Below are positions 1 through 10,436 of a stretch of 64,000 nt of DNA, piece by piece. The stretch's first letter is position 1, and each line of letters opens with the position of its first letter. This DNA is from an uncultured Verrucomicrobiae bacterium (GTDB lineage: Bacteria; Verrucomicrobiota; Verrucomicrobiia; Limisphaerales; Palsa-1400), in contig CAVPOM010000007.1 in NCBI GenBank assembly GCA_963707025.1, forward strand, positions 192,001 through 256,000, read 5' to 3'. Position numbers and translations under genes: made by a program. The notes under the pieces are model-generated. The model made no database searches and was not told the origin of the DNA. It saw nothing but the letters and a program-made list of their open reading frames with translations.

Positions 1-466
1 CCACTCCCGCGTCACATTGGCTCAAGGTCGTGGTCGGAATGCGCACATGGCGCAGGCCGCGATGGGCCGTGGCGGCGGCCAACCCCGCGACATCCAGCAA
101 CGCCCCGCCGCCGACGCCCAAAAGCCAGGAATGCCGGTCCAAGTGGCAGCGTTCCACTTGCGAGTGGATTTCGGAAAGGTGAAAAGGGGAATTCTTGGCC
201 CGTTCCCCGCCCTCGATGAGGAGCGGCGGGCAAACCAGATGGAGGCGCTCAGGGCAGGCCGCAAAATATTCCGCGATCCGGTTTGTCAATCCCGACTGCG
301 CCGAGGCCAGGCCTTCGTCCAGCACGACCAGCGCCGCCGCCCGCGGCGAAGGGCCGGCCAGGATGTCCCTGAGCAGCGGATTGGCCCTGTCGAACACCCC
401 GTCTGTAAAATGGACCTGATGCTCGAAATGAACGCAGATGTTTCGCTTGATCACAGTCACGCTCAC
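1..466 (-). CDS. 3-dehydroquinate synthase-like sugar-phosphate cyclase (EboD/AroB type), 5' part; runs off window start
   Basis: Manual translation (absent from ORF track): VIKRNICVHFEHQVHFTDGVFD...GGERAKN...LDRHSWLLGVGGGALLDVAGLAAATAHRGLRHVRIPTTTLSQCDAGV, with DHQS motifs GGG..LD..G and PTT.L.Q.D. In-frame GTG starts at 466/460/454. Confidence 0.85.
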   Translation of the reverse strand, partial: MSVTVIKRNICVHFEHQVHFTDGVFDRANPLLRDILAGPSPRAAALVVLDEGLASAQSGLTNRIAEYFAACPERLHLVCPPLLIEGGERAKNSPFHLSEIHSQVERCHLDRHSWLLGVGGGALLDVAGLAAATAHRGLRHVRIPTTTLSQCDAGV

Positions 467-618
467 TCACTATCCCTCTTTGCCCAAATCTTTTCGAGTT
501 TTTATTTATCAAATGAGCCAGCCGCGCTGGTGTTTGAGAGGGGGGCTTGGCGTGGAAGGCCAAGCCCCTTTGTGCTCTTCGTTTCCTGTTGCCTGCTGCG
601 CCCCGTTTTGAAGCGGGA

Positions 619-933
619 TCACTTTTCACCCAGCATCGCTTCCAGGTCCGGCGCGCCCTGATAAACGTGGTTCACCTGAATTCCCCCGGCGATGCCACGG
701 TAAAAAATGAGGTGGTTTTCAAAACCTAAAATGCGGCAGGAACGGATGCCCAGGAGCCGGGGATTCCGAAATCGGCGCAGCCTGCCCAGGCCGGGAGTGG
801 CGGCCAGGGTTTGGAACGTCGCGCAGGCCGCTTCGATGAAGCGCGTCGCGGCCTCGGAATTATTGTGGGCGATGAAGCGCCAAAGGCCCCACAGTTCATC
901 CTCCACGCCAGGATCAAGGATATATTTAGGCAT
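619..933 (-). CDS. parE: ParE/RelE family type II toxin
   Basis: 104 aa, ..ELWGLWRFIAHNNSEAATRF..LAATPGLGR..NHLIFYR; overlaps the upstream antitoxin. Confidence 0.85.
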   Translation of the reverse strand: MPKYILDPGVEDELWGLWRFIAHNNSEAATRFIEAACATFQTLAATPGLGRLRRFRNPRLLGIRSCRILGFENHLIFYRGIAGGIQVNHVYQGAPDLEAMLGEK

Positions 934-1201
934 CGGAGTGGGATTCTTTCATCCGTTTGCGGAGCCGGCGAAACACTTCCTCGCCATCACCGCCGTCGCC
1001 ACGGTCAAGGCGGTCCATGCTTTGCAGCAACTGGGTTTCCAGTTCTTCAATCGTCTTCGGCCCTTGGGGCAGGCGCGCGTCCTGCTCTTCCTTGAGACGG
1101 CGGAGACCGGCGCCGATGACTTCGCTGGCGGTCTGATAAAGGCCGCTCTGGACTTCTTTCTCCACAAATTGTGCCAATTCCGGCGTCAGCGATATATTCA
1201 T
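926..1201 (-). CDS. parD: ParD family (CC2985-like RHH) antitoxin
   Basis: MNISLTPELAQFVEKEVQSGLYQTASEVI..GLRRL, typical ParD N-terminus. Confidence 0.88.
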   Translation of the reverse strand: MNISLTPELAQFVEKEVQSGLYQTASEVIGAGLRRLKEEQDARLPQGPKTIEELETQLLQSMDRLDRGDGGDGEEVFRRLRKRMKESHSDA

Positions 1202-1323
1202 GATGGAACGCAAGATTCACTGCACCGGCAGCATACCACAAACAACCGAAAAGAGGCAAATCTTGTTATGGGAAGACTGATCCCGCAGCATCGCACTGGC
1301 CCGTGTGCAAGGCGCCGTTCCGG

Positions 1324-1347
1324 CGGCGGTCACAGACCGCCGCGACA
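1324..1347. repeat. REP-like palindrome CGGCGGTC-ACA-GACCGCCG-CGACA
   Basis: 8-bp perfect stem; same family as the two palindromes at 33884-33954. Confidence 0.65.
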
Positions 1348-1379
1348 ATGCCTGCCACGGGATTCCACCGGACGGGGGT

Positions 1380-2486
1380 TCAGATGCCTTCGCCGAGATT
1401 CGGGCTGGGCATTTCGTGGTTGGTGGAAACCTCCGAGCCAAGCTGGCCGCTGTCGGTGGAGAGAATCCGGTAATGGCGGATTTGCATCGAGACTTTTTGG
1501 CCGTCATCCAGGCCCAGGCGGGAATACTCCTCCTTGCTCATGCGCGAGCGCACCACCAGGCCGCTGGGCAGCACCAGTTCCAGCCGCAGCATCACGCCCA
1601 AAAAATAGGTCCGCCGCAGTATCGCCGGATAACGGCAGGCCGCCGCATCCGGCGACACCTGCACGGCGTAAGGCCGGAATCCGATCCGCAGCTTCTGGCC
1701 GTTGCCAAGGCCGTGCGCGGGAAACTCCAGTTCCTGGTAACGCGCCACCCCGTCCTGCACTGCCAATTCCAGGACGTTCAAGACCCCGACAAACTTGGCG
1801 ACAAACTCATTGCGCGGCAGCTCATAGACTTCCTGCGGCGTGCCGATCTGTTCCAGCCGCCCGTTGGAAAAAATGACGATGCGGTCGGCCACCTCCATGG
1901 CCTCTTCCTGGTCGTGGGTGACAAAGACGGTGGTCAGTTTCAAATCCTGATGGAGCCGCACCAGCCATTGGCGCAATTCCTGCCGGATTTGCGCGTCCAC
2001 CGCCGCGAACGGTTCGTCCAGCAGCAGCACATCGGGATTGCCGGCCAGGGCGCGGGCGATGGCCACGCGCTGGCGCTGCCCGCCGGAAAGTTGGTGGGGA
2101 TAGCGCTGTTCCAAGCCCTTCAATTCCAGCAACGCGACCAGTTCGGCGACCCGCGCCTGGATGCGCGCCTTGTCCCACCTTTTGATTTTGAGGCCGAAGG
2201 CGATGTTCTTGAAGACGGTCATGGTCTTGAACAAGGCGTAATTCTGAAAAACGAAACCGATGTTGCGGCGCTGGGCCGGCACGCCGTTGACCTGCGCGCC
2301 GCGGATGAAAATGCCGCCCTCGTCGGGCATCTCCAGCCCCGCGATCAAGCGCAAGGCGGTCGTCTTGCCCCCGCCGCTGGGACCGAGCAAGGCCACCAAC
2401 TCGCCGTCGCTGACGGTGAAATTGATGTCGTGCAGCGCGCAGACGCCGCCGAAATGCTTGCTGATATTTTTTAACTCGATGCTCAA
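1380..2486 (-). CDS. cysA: sulfate ABC transporter ATP-binding subunit
   Basis: TTG start ([13 protein letters not shown]), Walker [38 protein letters not shown]-like tail. Confidence 0.92.
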   Translation of the reverse strand: MSIELKNISKHFGGVCALHDINFTVSDGELVALLGPSGGGKTTALRLIAGLEMPDEGGIFIRGAQVNGVPAQRRNIGFVFQNYALFKTMTVFKNIAFGLKIKRWDKARIQARVAELVALLELKGLEQRYPHQLSGGQRQRVAIARALAGNPDVLLLDEPFAAVDAQIRQELRQWLVRLHQDLKLTTVFVTHDQEEAMEVADRIVIFSNGRLEQIGTPQEVYELPRNEFVAKFVGVLNVLELAVQDGVARYQELEFPAHGLGNGQKLRIGFRPYAVQVSPDAAACRYPAILRRTYFLGVMLRLELVLPSGLVVRSRMSKEEYSRLGLDDGQKVSMQIRHYRILSTDSGQLGSEVSTNHEMPSPNLGEGI

Positions 2487-2530
2487 GGGAGAGGCCGAGG
2501 ATCGCCGGAAGCCGGGAAAATGTCGAGGAC

Positions 2531-3404
2531 TTAAAGAGGCTCCTCTTCCCGCCGGCTTTTCCATTCCAGGTAAGTCTTGATCCCCAAAGTGACCAGCGCC
2601 AGCAGGGCCAGCAAAGTGGCCACGGCAAACGGCGCCGCCGGATGACCGATGTCCTCGGTACAGTTTTTCCACGCGCAAGGGCAGGGTGTCGGTCTTGCCC
2701 GCAATTCTGCTGGAGACGACGAAAACCGCGCCAAATTCGCCCATGGCCCGGGCGTTGCACAGGATGACGCCGTAAAAAAGACCCCATTTGACCGAGGGCA
2801 GGGAGACATGCCAGAAGGTCTGCCAGCCGCCGGCCCCCAGGGTCAGGGCGGCTTCCTCCTGTTCCCGGCCCTGGTCCTCCATGATGGGAATCAATTCCCG
2901 CGCCACAAAAGGAAAGGTGACAAACAGGGTCGCCAGCACAATGCCGGGCACGGCAAAAATAACGGCCATCCCGTGCGCCTCCAGCCAGTGACCGAGCAAG
3001 CCGTTGGCGCCGCAGAGCAGGACAAACATCAATCCCGCCACCACCGGGGACACCGAAAAAGGCAGGTCAATGAAAGTCAACAAAACCGCCTTGCCGCGAA
3101 ACTCGAACTTGCCGATGGCCCAGGCCGCCGCCACCCCGAACACCACGTTGAGCGGCACGCTGATGGCCGCCACCAACAGTGTCAAGCGAATCGCCGCCAC
3201 CGTGTCCTTTTCCAGCAGCGTCGCCCGGTAAGCGGCCAGGCCGCCGGAGAAGGCCTGCACAAAGACGTTGAGCAGCGGCAGCAGAATGAAGACGGCCGCA
3301 AAAAGGCCGGCCACTCCGATCAAGAGCCATTTGACCAGGGGCGATTCCTGGGTGGAGGAACGGGCCAGGCGCTCCGGCGCGGCGGTGGAGTCGGGCAGGT
3401 TCAT
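2531..3404 (-). CDS. cysW: sulfate ABC permease CysW (+1 frameshift near 2657)
   Basis: DLPFSVSPVVAG, ARAMGEFGAV; native C-terminus (EDIGHPAAPFAVATLLALLALVTL..EWK) lies in another frame after ...EKLY. Confidence 0.88.
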
Positions 3405-4273
3405 GGCCGTTGAAATTTGGCGGACCACCCTTGCAGCCAGTTCAGCGTGAAGAGCAGCGCGAAGGAAAAGATCAGCAGCACCAGGGCCACACCGATGGCC
3501 CCCGTGTAATCAAAGCCCCCGCTTTCCAACCGCATCACCACCAGGGTCGGGGCGATTTCCGTCTGAAAAGGCAAATTGCCCGAGATGAAAACAACGGACC
3601 CGTACTCTCCCAGGCCGCGCGCGAACGCCAGGCCAAACCCGGTCAGCACCGCCGGCAGCAGGGTCGGCGCAATCACGCTCCAAAAAGTGCGCCATCGTCC
3701 GGCGCCGAGGATGGCCGCCGCTTCCTCCACGCCCTTGTCCAGGTTTTTCAGCAGCGGCTGGAGCGTGCGCACGGAAAAAGGCAGCCCGACAAACGTCAGC
3801 GCCAGCACCACCCCCAGCCGGGAAGACTGGCCCTGAATGCCGAGCGGCACCAGAAACCGGCCCAGCCAGCCGTGGTCGGAAAAAATATTCGCCAGGGTCA
3901 GGCCCGCGACCGCGGTGGGCAGGGCAAAGGGAACGTCCACCAATCCATCCAGCCACCGCCGTCCCGGAAACCGGTATCGCACCAGCACCCAGGCCAGCAG
4001 ACTTCCAAAGGCGGCGTTGAGCAAAGCCGCCACGAAGGCCGCGCCCAGGCTCAATTCATAAGCCGCCAGCGCCCGCGCGTTGGTGGCCAGATCCCACAAT
4101 TGCGACCACGACAAACTCAGCGCCTTGAGGGAGAGCACGGCGATTGGAATCAGCACCATAACACTCAGGTACAGGACCGTAAACCCCAGCGTGATCCCGA
4201 AACCGGGCAGCGCAACGGATTTGGCGGATCTAACAGCCTCTGTGGGCATGGTTGATTTTGCTTTGGACTCCAT
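3401..4273 (-). CDS. cysT: sulfate ABC permease CysT/CysU
   Basis: LPGFGITLG, PFALPTAVAG, FARGLGEYGSV; ATGA overlap with cysW. Confidence 0.93.
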   Translation of the reverse strand: MESKAKSTMPTEAVRSAKSVALPGFGITLGFTVLYLSVMVLIPIAVLSLKALSLSWSQLWDLATNARALAAYELSLGAAFVAALLNAAFGSLLAWVLVRYRFPGRRWLDGLVDVPFALPTAVAGLTLANIFSDHGWLGRFLVPLGIQGQSSRLGVVLALTFVGLPFSVRTLQPLLKNLDKGVEEAAAILGAGRWRTFWSVIAPTLLPAVLTGFGLAFARGLGEYGSVVFISGNLPFQTEIAPTLVVMRLESGGFDYTGAIGVALVLLIFSFALLFTLNWLQGWSAKFQRP

Positions 4274-4279
4274 TTGCTC

Positions 4280-5287
4280 TCACCGCCTGTTCCGGGAGAT
4301 TTGGTCAAATATTCCCCCTTCGTCAAAATGAATTTTCTGGGCCTCGGCCCAGCCGCCAAATACATCCTGTATGGTAAAGGTCTGGATTTTTGCAAAGGTC
4401 TTCTCGTGCCGCCTGGCCACTTCGGCCAGACGGGGCCGGAAAAAATGGTTGGCGGCGATTTCCTGCCCGGCCGGGGTCCAGAGAAAATTCAGGTAGGCTT
4501 CGGCGATGGCGCGGGTGCCCCGCTGGTCCACCACTTTGTCCACGACCGAGACCGGCGGCTCGGCCAGAATGCTGAGGGTGGGGTAAATGATTTGGTAGTT
4601 CCCCTGCCCGGGTGAATTCATGGCGAGAAGGGCTTCGTTTTCCCAGTTGACCAGGACATCGCCCAGGCCGTTCTGGATGAAGGAGGTGGTGGAGTCCCTG
4701 GCCCCGGTGCCCAGCACCTTGACGTTGCCATAAAGCTGGCCCACAAACCGCGTGGCCGTGTTGGTGTCGCCGTGGTTGTGCTTCAAAGCATAACCATAGG
4801 CGGCCAGATAGACCCAGCGCGCGCCGCCGGAGGTTTTCGGATTGGGCGCGATGAGCGCGACGCCCGGCTTGACCAGGTTGTCCCAATCCTGGATGCCCTT
4901 TGGATTTCCTTTCCGCACCAGAAAGACAATGGTGGAGGTGCAAGGCGTGCTGTTGTCCGGCAGGCGGGTCTGCCAGTTGGCCGGCACCAAATCTCCGTGG
5001 TTGTGCAGGGCGTCAATGTCGCCGGCCAGCGCGAGGGTCACCACGTCGGCCTTCAACCCGTCCATCACCGACCGGGCTTGTTTGCCGGAGCCGCCATTGG
5101 ACAGGTCCACCTGGACCAAATCGCCGGTTTTTGCCTTCCAGAAATCCGAGAAGGCCCGGTTGATTTCCTGGTACAATTCCCGCGTCGGGTCGTAAGAGAC
5201 ATTGAGCAGGGTGATGGTTTTCTGCGCCCCGGCCGGCGGGACGGCCAGGGCCAGAACCATTGCGAAGATGCCGCACATTTTGTTCAT
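4280..5287 (-). CDS. sbp: sulfate-binding periplasmic protein
   Basis: LLNVSYDPTRELY, GGSGKQAR, NPKTSGGARW, WENEA, HFDEGGIFDQI. Confidence 0.95.
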   Translation of the reverse strand: MNKMCGIFAMVLALAVPPAGAQKTITLLNVSYDPTRELYQEINRAFSDFWKAKTGDLVQVDLSNGGSGKQARSVMDGLKADVVTLALAGDIDALHNHGDLVPANWQTRLPDNSTPCTSTIVFLVRKGNPKGIQDWDNLVKPGVALIAPNPKTSGGARWVYLAAYGYALKHNHGDTNTATRFVGQLYGNVKVLGTGARDSTTSFIQNGLGDVLVNWENEALLAMNSPGQGNYQIIYPTLSILAEPPVSVVDKVVDQRGTRAIAEAYLNFLWTPAGQEIAANHFFRPRLAEVARRHEKTFAKIQTFTIQDVFGGWAEAQKIHFDEGGIFDQISRNRR

Positions 5288-5302
5288 GCGAGAATCCGGC
5301 CT

Positions 5303-6829
5303 TTAAAATGCGAACTGCAGTCGTGTCAACAATACCTTCTCGTCCTGGGCGGCCACCGTTCCTTTCACCGCCTGGTAACCCGGCGCAAACCCAAATCTAG
5401 ATTGATCGTACTCGAATATCCATTTTATATTTTTATTCATAAGCCAGTTCAGTCCCACGCTCCAAGTCTCGGCGCTCCGGGCCGAACCGGCCGCGGCAAA
5501 ATCGGCCTTCCCGGCAAAAGCGGCCGGGTCAACATCAAGCCCTCCGACCCGCGCGACCAACTGCCAGGCGCCCAGGCCGGAACCATCAAGGCGGAAAGGA
5601 TGCAGCGGGGCGGGCGGCGTCAAGAGGTCGTTCTTTTCCCCGGTGAGATACCAGGAGGCGTTAACATCCCATGCGGTGTTATCGAAAAACGCCTGGGTGG
5701 TTTTGGGCGCGGTGTTTTTCTTGAGTTGAAACTTTTCCGTAGAACAGGCGTATTCCCAGAACAGCCCGGCCGGCCCCTAGAAGTACCATCCTTGGGGAAC
5801 CAGCCGGACATGGTCGCCCGCTTCGGTGACCGATGCGCTTGCGCCATTGGTATAGCTGAAAAAGGTTTGCCGGCCCACGGTGGCAAAACTGGGCAGGCTG
5901 GAACCGACCTCGTATCCGTAACTGGCGCCCAAGCCGAGACCGAGGCCCTTGAGGGCGGCAATCGAAGTGTTCGTGAACGGCTGCACAAAAATCCGCGCCG
6001 CCACATCCTTGCTGTTGGAGTCGGTTTCGATGTCGCCGCTGCCCCCGTCCTGCAACCCGTTGTACATCCCCGCGGCATAGGAGAAGGCCCCATGAAAGAG
6101 ATCGCCGTGAACCTGGATGCCGACGTTGCGGTTGGGCACCAGTTCGGATGGATAGCTGCGCTCCACAAACCAAAGGCTCGCGTCGGCGGGCTGCCACTCC
6201 AAGTTAACCAACTCCTTGAATTTGCCGCCTTGAATCTGGAATCCCGGCCAGTAATGGATGTTCACGTAAGCATCCTGCAACAAGGAGTTGTTGGTCGTCG
6301 TGGCACTGTCCAGCGCCCCGAAGTCTTCCTGAACGTAGTAATCGTAATCCTTATATACTGAGCCGGATTCGATCAACCGCATACGGCGGAGGGTGAGAGA
6401 ATCTTTCTGTTCAGGGTTGACACTTTGGTAGTAATGCCCGTCCAACTGGCCCACGCCCTGTAGTCGCAGGGTGAAATTGGAGTCGGCCGACCTGAGCCAA
6501 AAACCGTTCGACCCGGCCGTGACATAGCCGAGGTCCGGGATGGCGTTGGACGATCCGGTCTGGGCCGCAACGGGGTTGTCTGCCGGCTGGCTCCCGGCTG
6601 GATGTTGCAGCTCAGCCTGATGCTGGTTCTCCAACTGTTGCACCTTGGCGCTTAACTCCTCAATTTGCCTTTTCAAACCCGCGATGGCATCGGCGGTGTC
6701 GTCGGCCAAGATGGACGGGGCAATGAGCTGCGCGCCGATGACGGCCGCAACGATCCAATGGCAGGTTTTGGTCATTGTCTTTGTTTGTTGTGCCGGCGCC
6801 TCTGGAAGCACAGTCGGTTTGCCGGCCAT
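5303..6829 (-). CDS. OprO/OprP-family anion porin with one in-frame TAG at 5777-5779
   Basis: Signal peptide plus coiled coil, LRRMRL, FVERS, ASWYLTGE, GAWQLVARV, C-terminal TRLQFAF; ORFs 5777-6829 and 5303-5623 share a frame. Confidence 0.85.
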
Positions 6830-6859
6830 TTTTTGTTTAAACTCGCTTCATCGGCGAGC

Positions 6860-6894
6860 AATTTAACAGAATACTATACTATGTCAATAGAGAT
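6860..6894 (-). promoter_or_regulatory. sigma70 promoter of porin-cys operon overlapping a candidate Rrf2 operator
   Basis: TTGACA (6887-6882), 16 nt, TG-n-TAAATT (6865-6860); box ACTATGTCAATAGAGAT at 6878-6894. Confidence 0.6.
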
Positions 6895-6997
6895 TTATAT
6901 GATTAAATATATAACGTTATTTATTGGATTTCATGCATGGTTTGTGCGTCCGATACTCTAAATGTCAACCCAAGCAGGGGTGATTATTTCATAAATG

Positions 6998-7026
6998 TTG
7001 ACTAAACCAGTAGAGATGGGTAGTAT
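6998..7026 (+). promoter_or_regulatory. sigma70 promoter of Rrf2 gene overlapping a second operator copy
   Basis: TTGACT-17 nt-TAGTAT; box ACTAAACCAGTAGAGAT at 7001-7017. Confidence 0.65.
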
Positions 7027-7033
7027 AGAGGGG

Positions 7034-7495
7034 ATGAAACTCACTGGTCGCGGGGAATATGCGTTGCGCGCCCTCCTGGTGTTGAGCCTGCACTATGGTG
7101 AAAGCGCCGTGCGAATCCAGACGATTTCCGAGGAGCAGCGCATTCCCAAGAAATTCCTGGAGCAGATTCTCATTGATTTGAAAAGGCTGGGGGCAGTGGC
7201 AAGCAGGCGCGGCATGCATGGCGGATATCGTCTGGCCCGCCCGCCCGAACACATCACCCTGGCCTCGGTCGTCCGGCACATGGAGGGGGCGATGGCTCCG
7301 GTGGGTTGCGTGAGCGAGCGCTTTTACGAACGCTGCACCTGCCCGGATGAGGCGCGCTGCGCCCTGCGCGATGTGATGAAGGAGGCGCGCGAGGCGGTGG
7401 TCAGGATCATGGAACGCCTGACCCTGGCGGACTTGCGCGACCGGGCGCGGCGCCTGGAGAAACCGGCGGCCGCGGTGGTGGATTTCGTGATTTGA
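7034..7495 (+). CDS. Rrf2 family transcriptional regulator (CymR/IscR-like)
   Basis: MKLTGRGEYALRAL..IPKKFLEQIL..SRRGMHGGYRLAR; Cys motif CVS..CTCPDE..C. Confidence 0.92.
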   Translation: MKLTGRGEYALRALLVLSLHYGESAVRIQTISEEQRIPKKFLEQILIDLKRLGAVASRRGMHGGYRLARPPEHITLASVVRHMEGAMAPVGCVSERFYERCTCPDEARCALRDVMKEAREAVVRIMERLTLADLRDRARRLEKPAAAVVDFVI

Positions 7496-7715
7496 CCGTG
7501 AAACACGCCCCGCCCGCCTTGGGCGGGATTCCGCGTCATTACCCTGACACAAATATAAAGACTTCAAACGCCTCACCCTCGAACATCGAACCCCGGGGGG
7601 CCACGCCTCTCCAAGTGGTGAACTCGGTGGTTCTGATTGCCATTGCCGTGATCGTTCCAACCGCCCCGGCCGCCGCCAATGATTTCCTGCATACTGTCAA
7701 ATAGAATTCTGGCGG

Positions 7716-10142
7716 CTAATTGGCGCCGTGCGGGGCCAGGGCCTCGGTGATGGCCTGGTCAATGTCCGGGCCGCGCAGATCGCGCGCCACAATCTTGCCG
7801 TCCGGGCCGATGAGGAAGATGGCCGGGATTCCTTCCACGCCGTAGAGGTCCGGCACGGGGGATTTTTGCCATTCGCCCAGGAAGCCCTGGATCCAGCGCA
7901 GGCCGTTCTTTTTGGCAAAGTCAATGGGCTGGGCGGCCTTCTCATCCACGCTCAGGCTCATCATGGCGAAACGGGGGTCTTTGGCGTGCTTGTCATAGGC
8001 GGCCTTGAGATTGGGCACTTCCGCCACGCACGGGCCGCACCAGGTGGCCCAGAAATCCAGCAAGACGTATTTGCCGCGGAAGTCGGCCAGGCGCAAGGGA
8101 TGGCCGTCGGTGGTCATGGTTTCGAAGAGAGGGGCGGGGTCGCCGACGCGCAGGGCCAGGGCCTGCTGGAGGGCGATGAGGCCCAGATTGAGGCGGGGCT
8201 GATCGCCGGCGGCGATTTGGGCCGGGTCGTACGTAGTATTGACAGTGATGTTGGTGGACAAGGCGGCGAGCTTGCCGCCGCCCAGTTCCGGGGCTTCGCG
8301 CAATTGCACGCGGAGCTGGTATTTGCCGGGCGGGACATCCTCGAAGACGAAGGAGCCGTCGGCTTCGGCCGTGGCGGCGAAGGCGCGCTGGGCGCGCTGC
8401 CAGGCCCTGCCTTGGGCGGACTTCAAGAACTGGCCCATCCACTTTTGCCGGGCGGCCTCATCGTCAAAACTGGGCATCTCGGGATCCGGGACCGAAGCGG
8501 TCAATACGATGGTCTGGCCGGCCTGCCAATTGATTTTTTCGCGGTAACCGGGAACGGTCAGGCGCCCGGCCACCAGCGCGGGCGTGCCTTTTTCCAGTTG
8601 GATGTCCTCGCGGTGGTCGCCATCGCCGGGCGACATCAATTCCGTGCTGGCCGGCAGATAGCCGGGCTGGCGGAATTCCAGCACAAAGGAGGTGACTTTT
8701 GGGTCCACCTCCACCAGGTAATCGCCGGTGGGGCCGGACACTTCCTTTTCAGCGTGGGTCGTGCCCTGGTCGGTGGTGAGATAGACGGTGATGGAGAATT
8801 TCTCGATGGGCGCATGGGTGGCGGCATCGGTGACCCTGCCGTCCACGTCGGTTTTGCCGTTGGCTTTGCGCAGGGTGATGGTTTTTTCCGTGTCATCGGC
8901 CAGGAGGGCCGGCTCGGAGCGCAGATTGTAGCCCTCGGCGGTGATGAGATAGGGATGCTCGCCGGCCGGAGCCGAATCCCACCGAAACCGGCCCTGGCTG
9001 TCGGTGGTGGCACTCCAATCAAATTCAAGCGGATCCAAATTGACGCGGTCCAGTTGCACGCTGGCCCCGGCCACCGGCTGGCCGGTTTCATCCAGCACCC
9101 TGCCCTTGAAGATGTGGCCCGGACTCATGGCCACTTTCAGTTCGGGCATTTGATTGCTGATGGCCAGGGCGAGGGTTTGCGGCTCCAGCCCGCTGGCCTG
9201 GAGGGTGAGCACCAGGTCGCCGGGCAGAAGGTTGGGGATTTGGAACCGGCCGGCGCCGTCGCTTTGCAGGACGCCAGCCGGATTGCGCCACTCATGGTTG
9301 CGGGTGATGACCACCCCGGAGACCGGTTTCCCGGTGTTGTCAACAATAAGCCCCGACACCGTCACCCCATGGCCGATGACCAGGACGGCCGTGCCGGCCA
9401 GAAAATCGGCGGCGGGCAGGCGCGTGACTTCGTCCCCGCCCGCGGCGGAGCCTTCGCAGCCGAAGGTGGCGGGGAGAAAATCGGGCTGGACCACGCGCAA
9501 AACGAGGTTGGAAAAATCCTGGGGGAGATGATTGCACTGCCAGTGGCCATTTTCGTCGGTGCGCTCGTTATGGAAGTTGGGGGCGACGAGAGTCCGTTCG
9601 CGCTCGGCCGGGCTGGCGGGATTGACGCCGGAAAACCGGATGATGGCGCCCGCCACCGGCTGGCCGTCCGAGCTTTTGAGCACGCCGCCGATGCTGGCGG
9701 CTTTCTCCATCCGGGCGGTGTATTCGGCGGGAATGTCCTGGAACTTGTCCTGCCGGGAGGTGGCCCAGGTGATGGTTTTGGCCACAAAACCGTCCTTGGT
9801 GATGGTGATGAGATAGCTGAAATCGTTGGTCGGCGGCTTGGGCATGGCAAAGGAACAACTGCCCGTGCCGTCGGTCACCAGACTGCCTCTGACCCAGGCG
9901 ACGCGGATTTTGACCCCCGGCAGGGGCGCCGCCGTCACGGAATCGAGCACGCGAAAGCGCATGGAGGCGCTGTTGGTTTCGGCGGGGGCAGCGGGGGCGG
10001 CGGGCGTGGCCGGGGCAATCGCGGAGTCTGGCGGGGTCTGGGCCGGGGTCTGGGCCGTGGCGCCGTGGCGCGCCGCCCCGAGAAAGGCCAGGGCCAGGAT
10101 GGCCGCGCGGGCGGAATGGCTCAGGATTTGTTTGGTATGCAT
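7716..10142 (-). CDS. secreted redoxin (TlpA/AhpC-TSA domain) with carboxypeptidase-regulatory-like beta-sandwich repeats
   Basis: Signal peptide, repeated G.V.D..G.PV.GA units, C-terminal LLDFWATWCGPC. Confidence 0.85.
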   Translation of the reverse strand: MHTKQILSHSARAAILALAFLGAARHGATAQTPAQTPPDSAIAPATPAAPAAPAETNSASMRFRVLDSVTAAPLPGVKIRVAWVRGSLVTDGTGSCSFAMPKPPTNDFSYLITITKDGFVAKTITWATSRQDKFQDIPAEYTARMEKAASIGGVLKSSDGQPVAGAIIRFSGVNPASPAERERTLVAPNFHNERTDENGHWQCNHLPQDFSNLVLRVVQPDFLPATFGCEGSAAGGDEVTRLPAADFLAGTAVLVIGHGVTVSGLIVDNTGKPVSGVVITRNHEWRNPAGVLQSDGAGRFQIPNLLPGDLVLTLQASGLEPQTLALAISNQMPELKVAMSPGHIFKGRVLDETGQPVAGASVQLDRVNLDPLEFDWSATTDSQGRFRWDSAPAGEHPYLITAEGYNLRSEPALLADDTEKTITLRKANGKTDVDGRVTDAATHAPIEKFSITVYLTTDQGTTHAEKEVSGPTGDYLVEVDPKVTSFVLEFRQPGYLPASTELMSPGDGDHREDIQLEKGTPALVAGRLTVPGYREKINWQAGQTIVLTASVPDPEMPSFDDEAARQKWMGQFLKSAQGRAWQRAQRAFAATAEADGSFVFEDVPPGKYQLRVQLREAPELGGGKLAALSTNITVNTTYDPAQIAAGDQPRLNLGLIALQQALALRVGDPAPLFETMTTDGHPLRLADFRGKYVLLDFWATWCGPCVAEVPNLKAAYDKHAKDPRFAMMSLSVDEKAAQPIDFAKKNGLRWIQGFLGEWQKSPVPDLYGVEGIPAIFLIGPDGKIVARDLRGPDIDQAITEALAPHGAN

Positions 10143-10436
10143 AGGCGACGCAAGCCTGCTGGTTAATATGCCCGTTTGCCGGAGACTTGCAACCCGGAAA
10201 GGAGCCGGAAATGAGCGGGGAAATTGCCGTGCCGGATTTCCTGACGCGGGCGCAGAGGGGGGGAATTAAAATGCCTTCTTCTGCCTGTGCTTTGCGTGAG
10301 ATGGTTTTTCATGCGGATGGCGGATGGCGGGCGGGACCAGCGGCGCGGGAAAGTTCTGGTGGTTGGCCCACGCCCGCCCGGAACGGACAGGACGAGGTGG
10401 CTGCTCATGGTCAGGGTTGGTCATGGTAAAAATATG

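Noticed and set aside
7496..7704. Small ORF faintly resembling a prepilin N-terminus (GATPLQVVNSVVLIAIAVI)
   Set aside because: It lacks the GFTLxE motif and a credible start; too weak to call.
7728..10166. Long antisense ORFs (also 33962-35845, 41814-43787, 46333-48147 and others)
   Set aside because: Shadows of GC-rich genes on the opposite strand, with no recognisable motifs.
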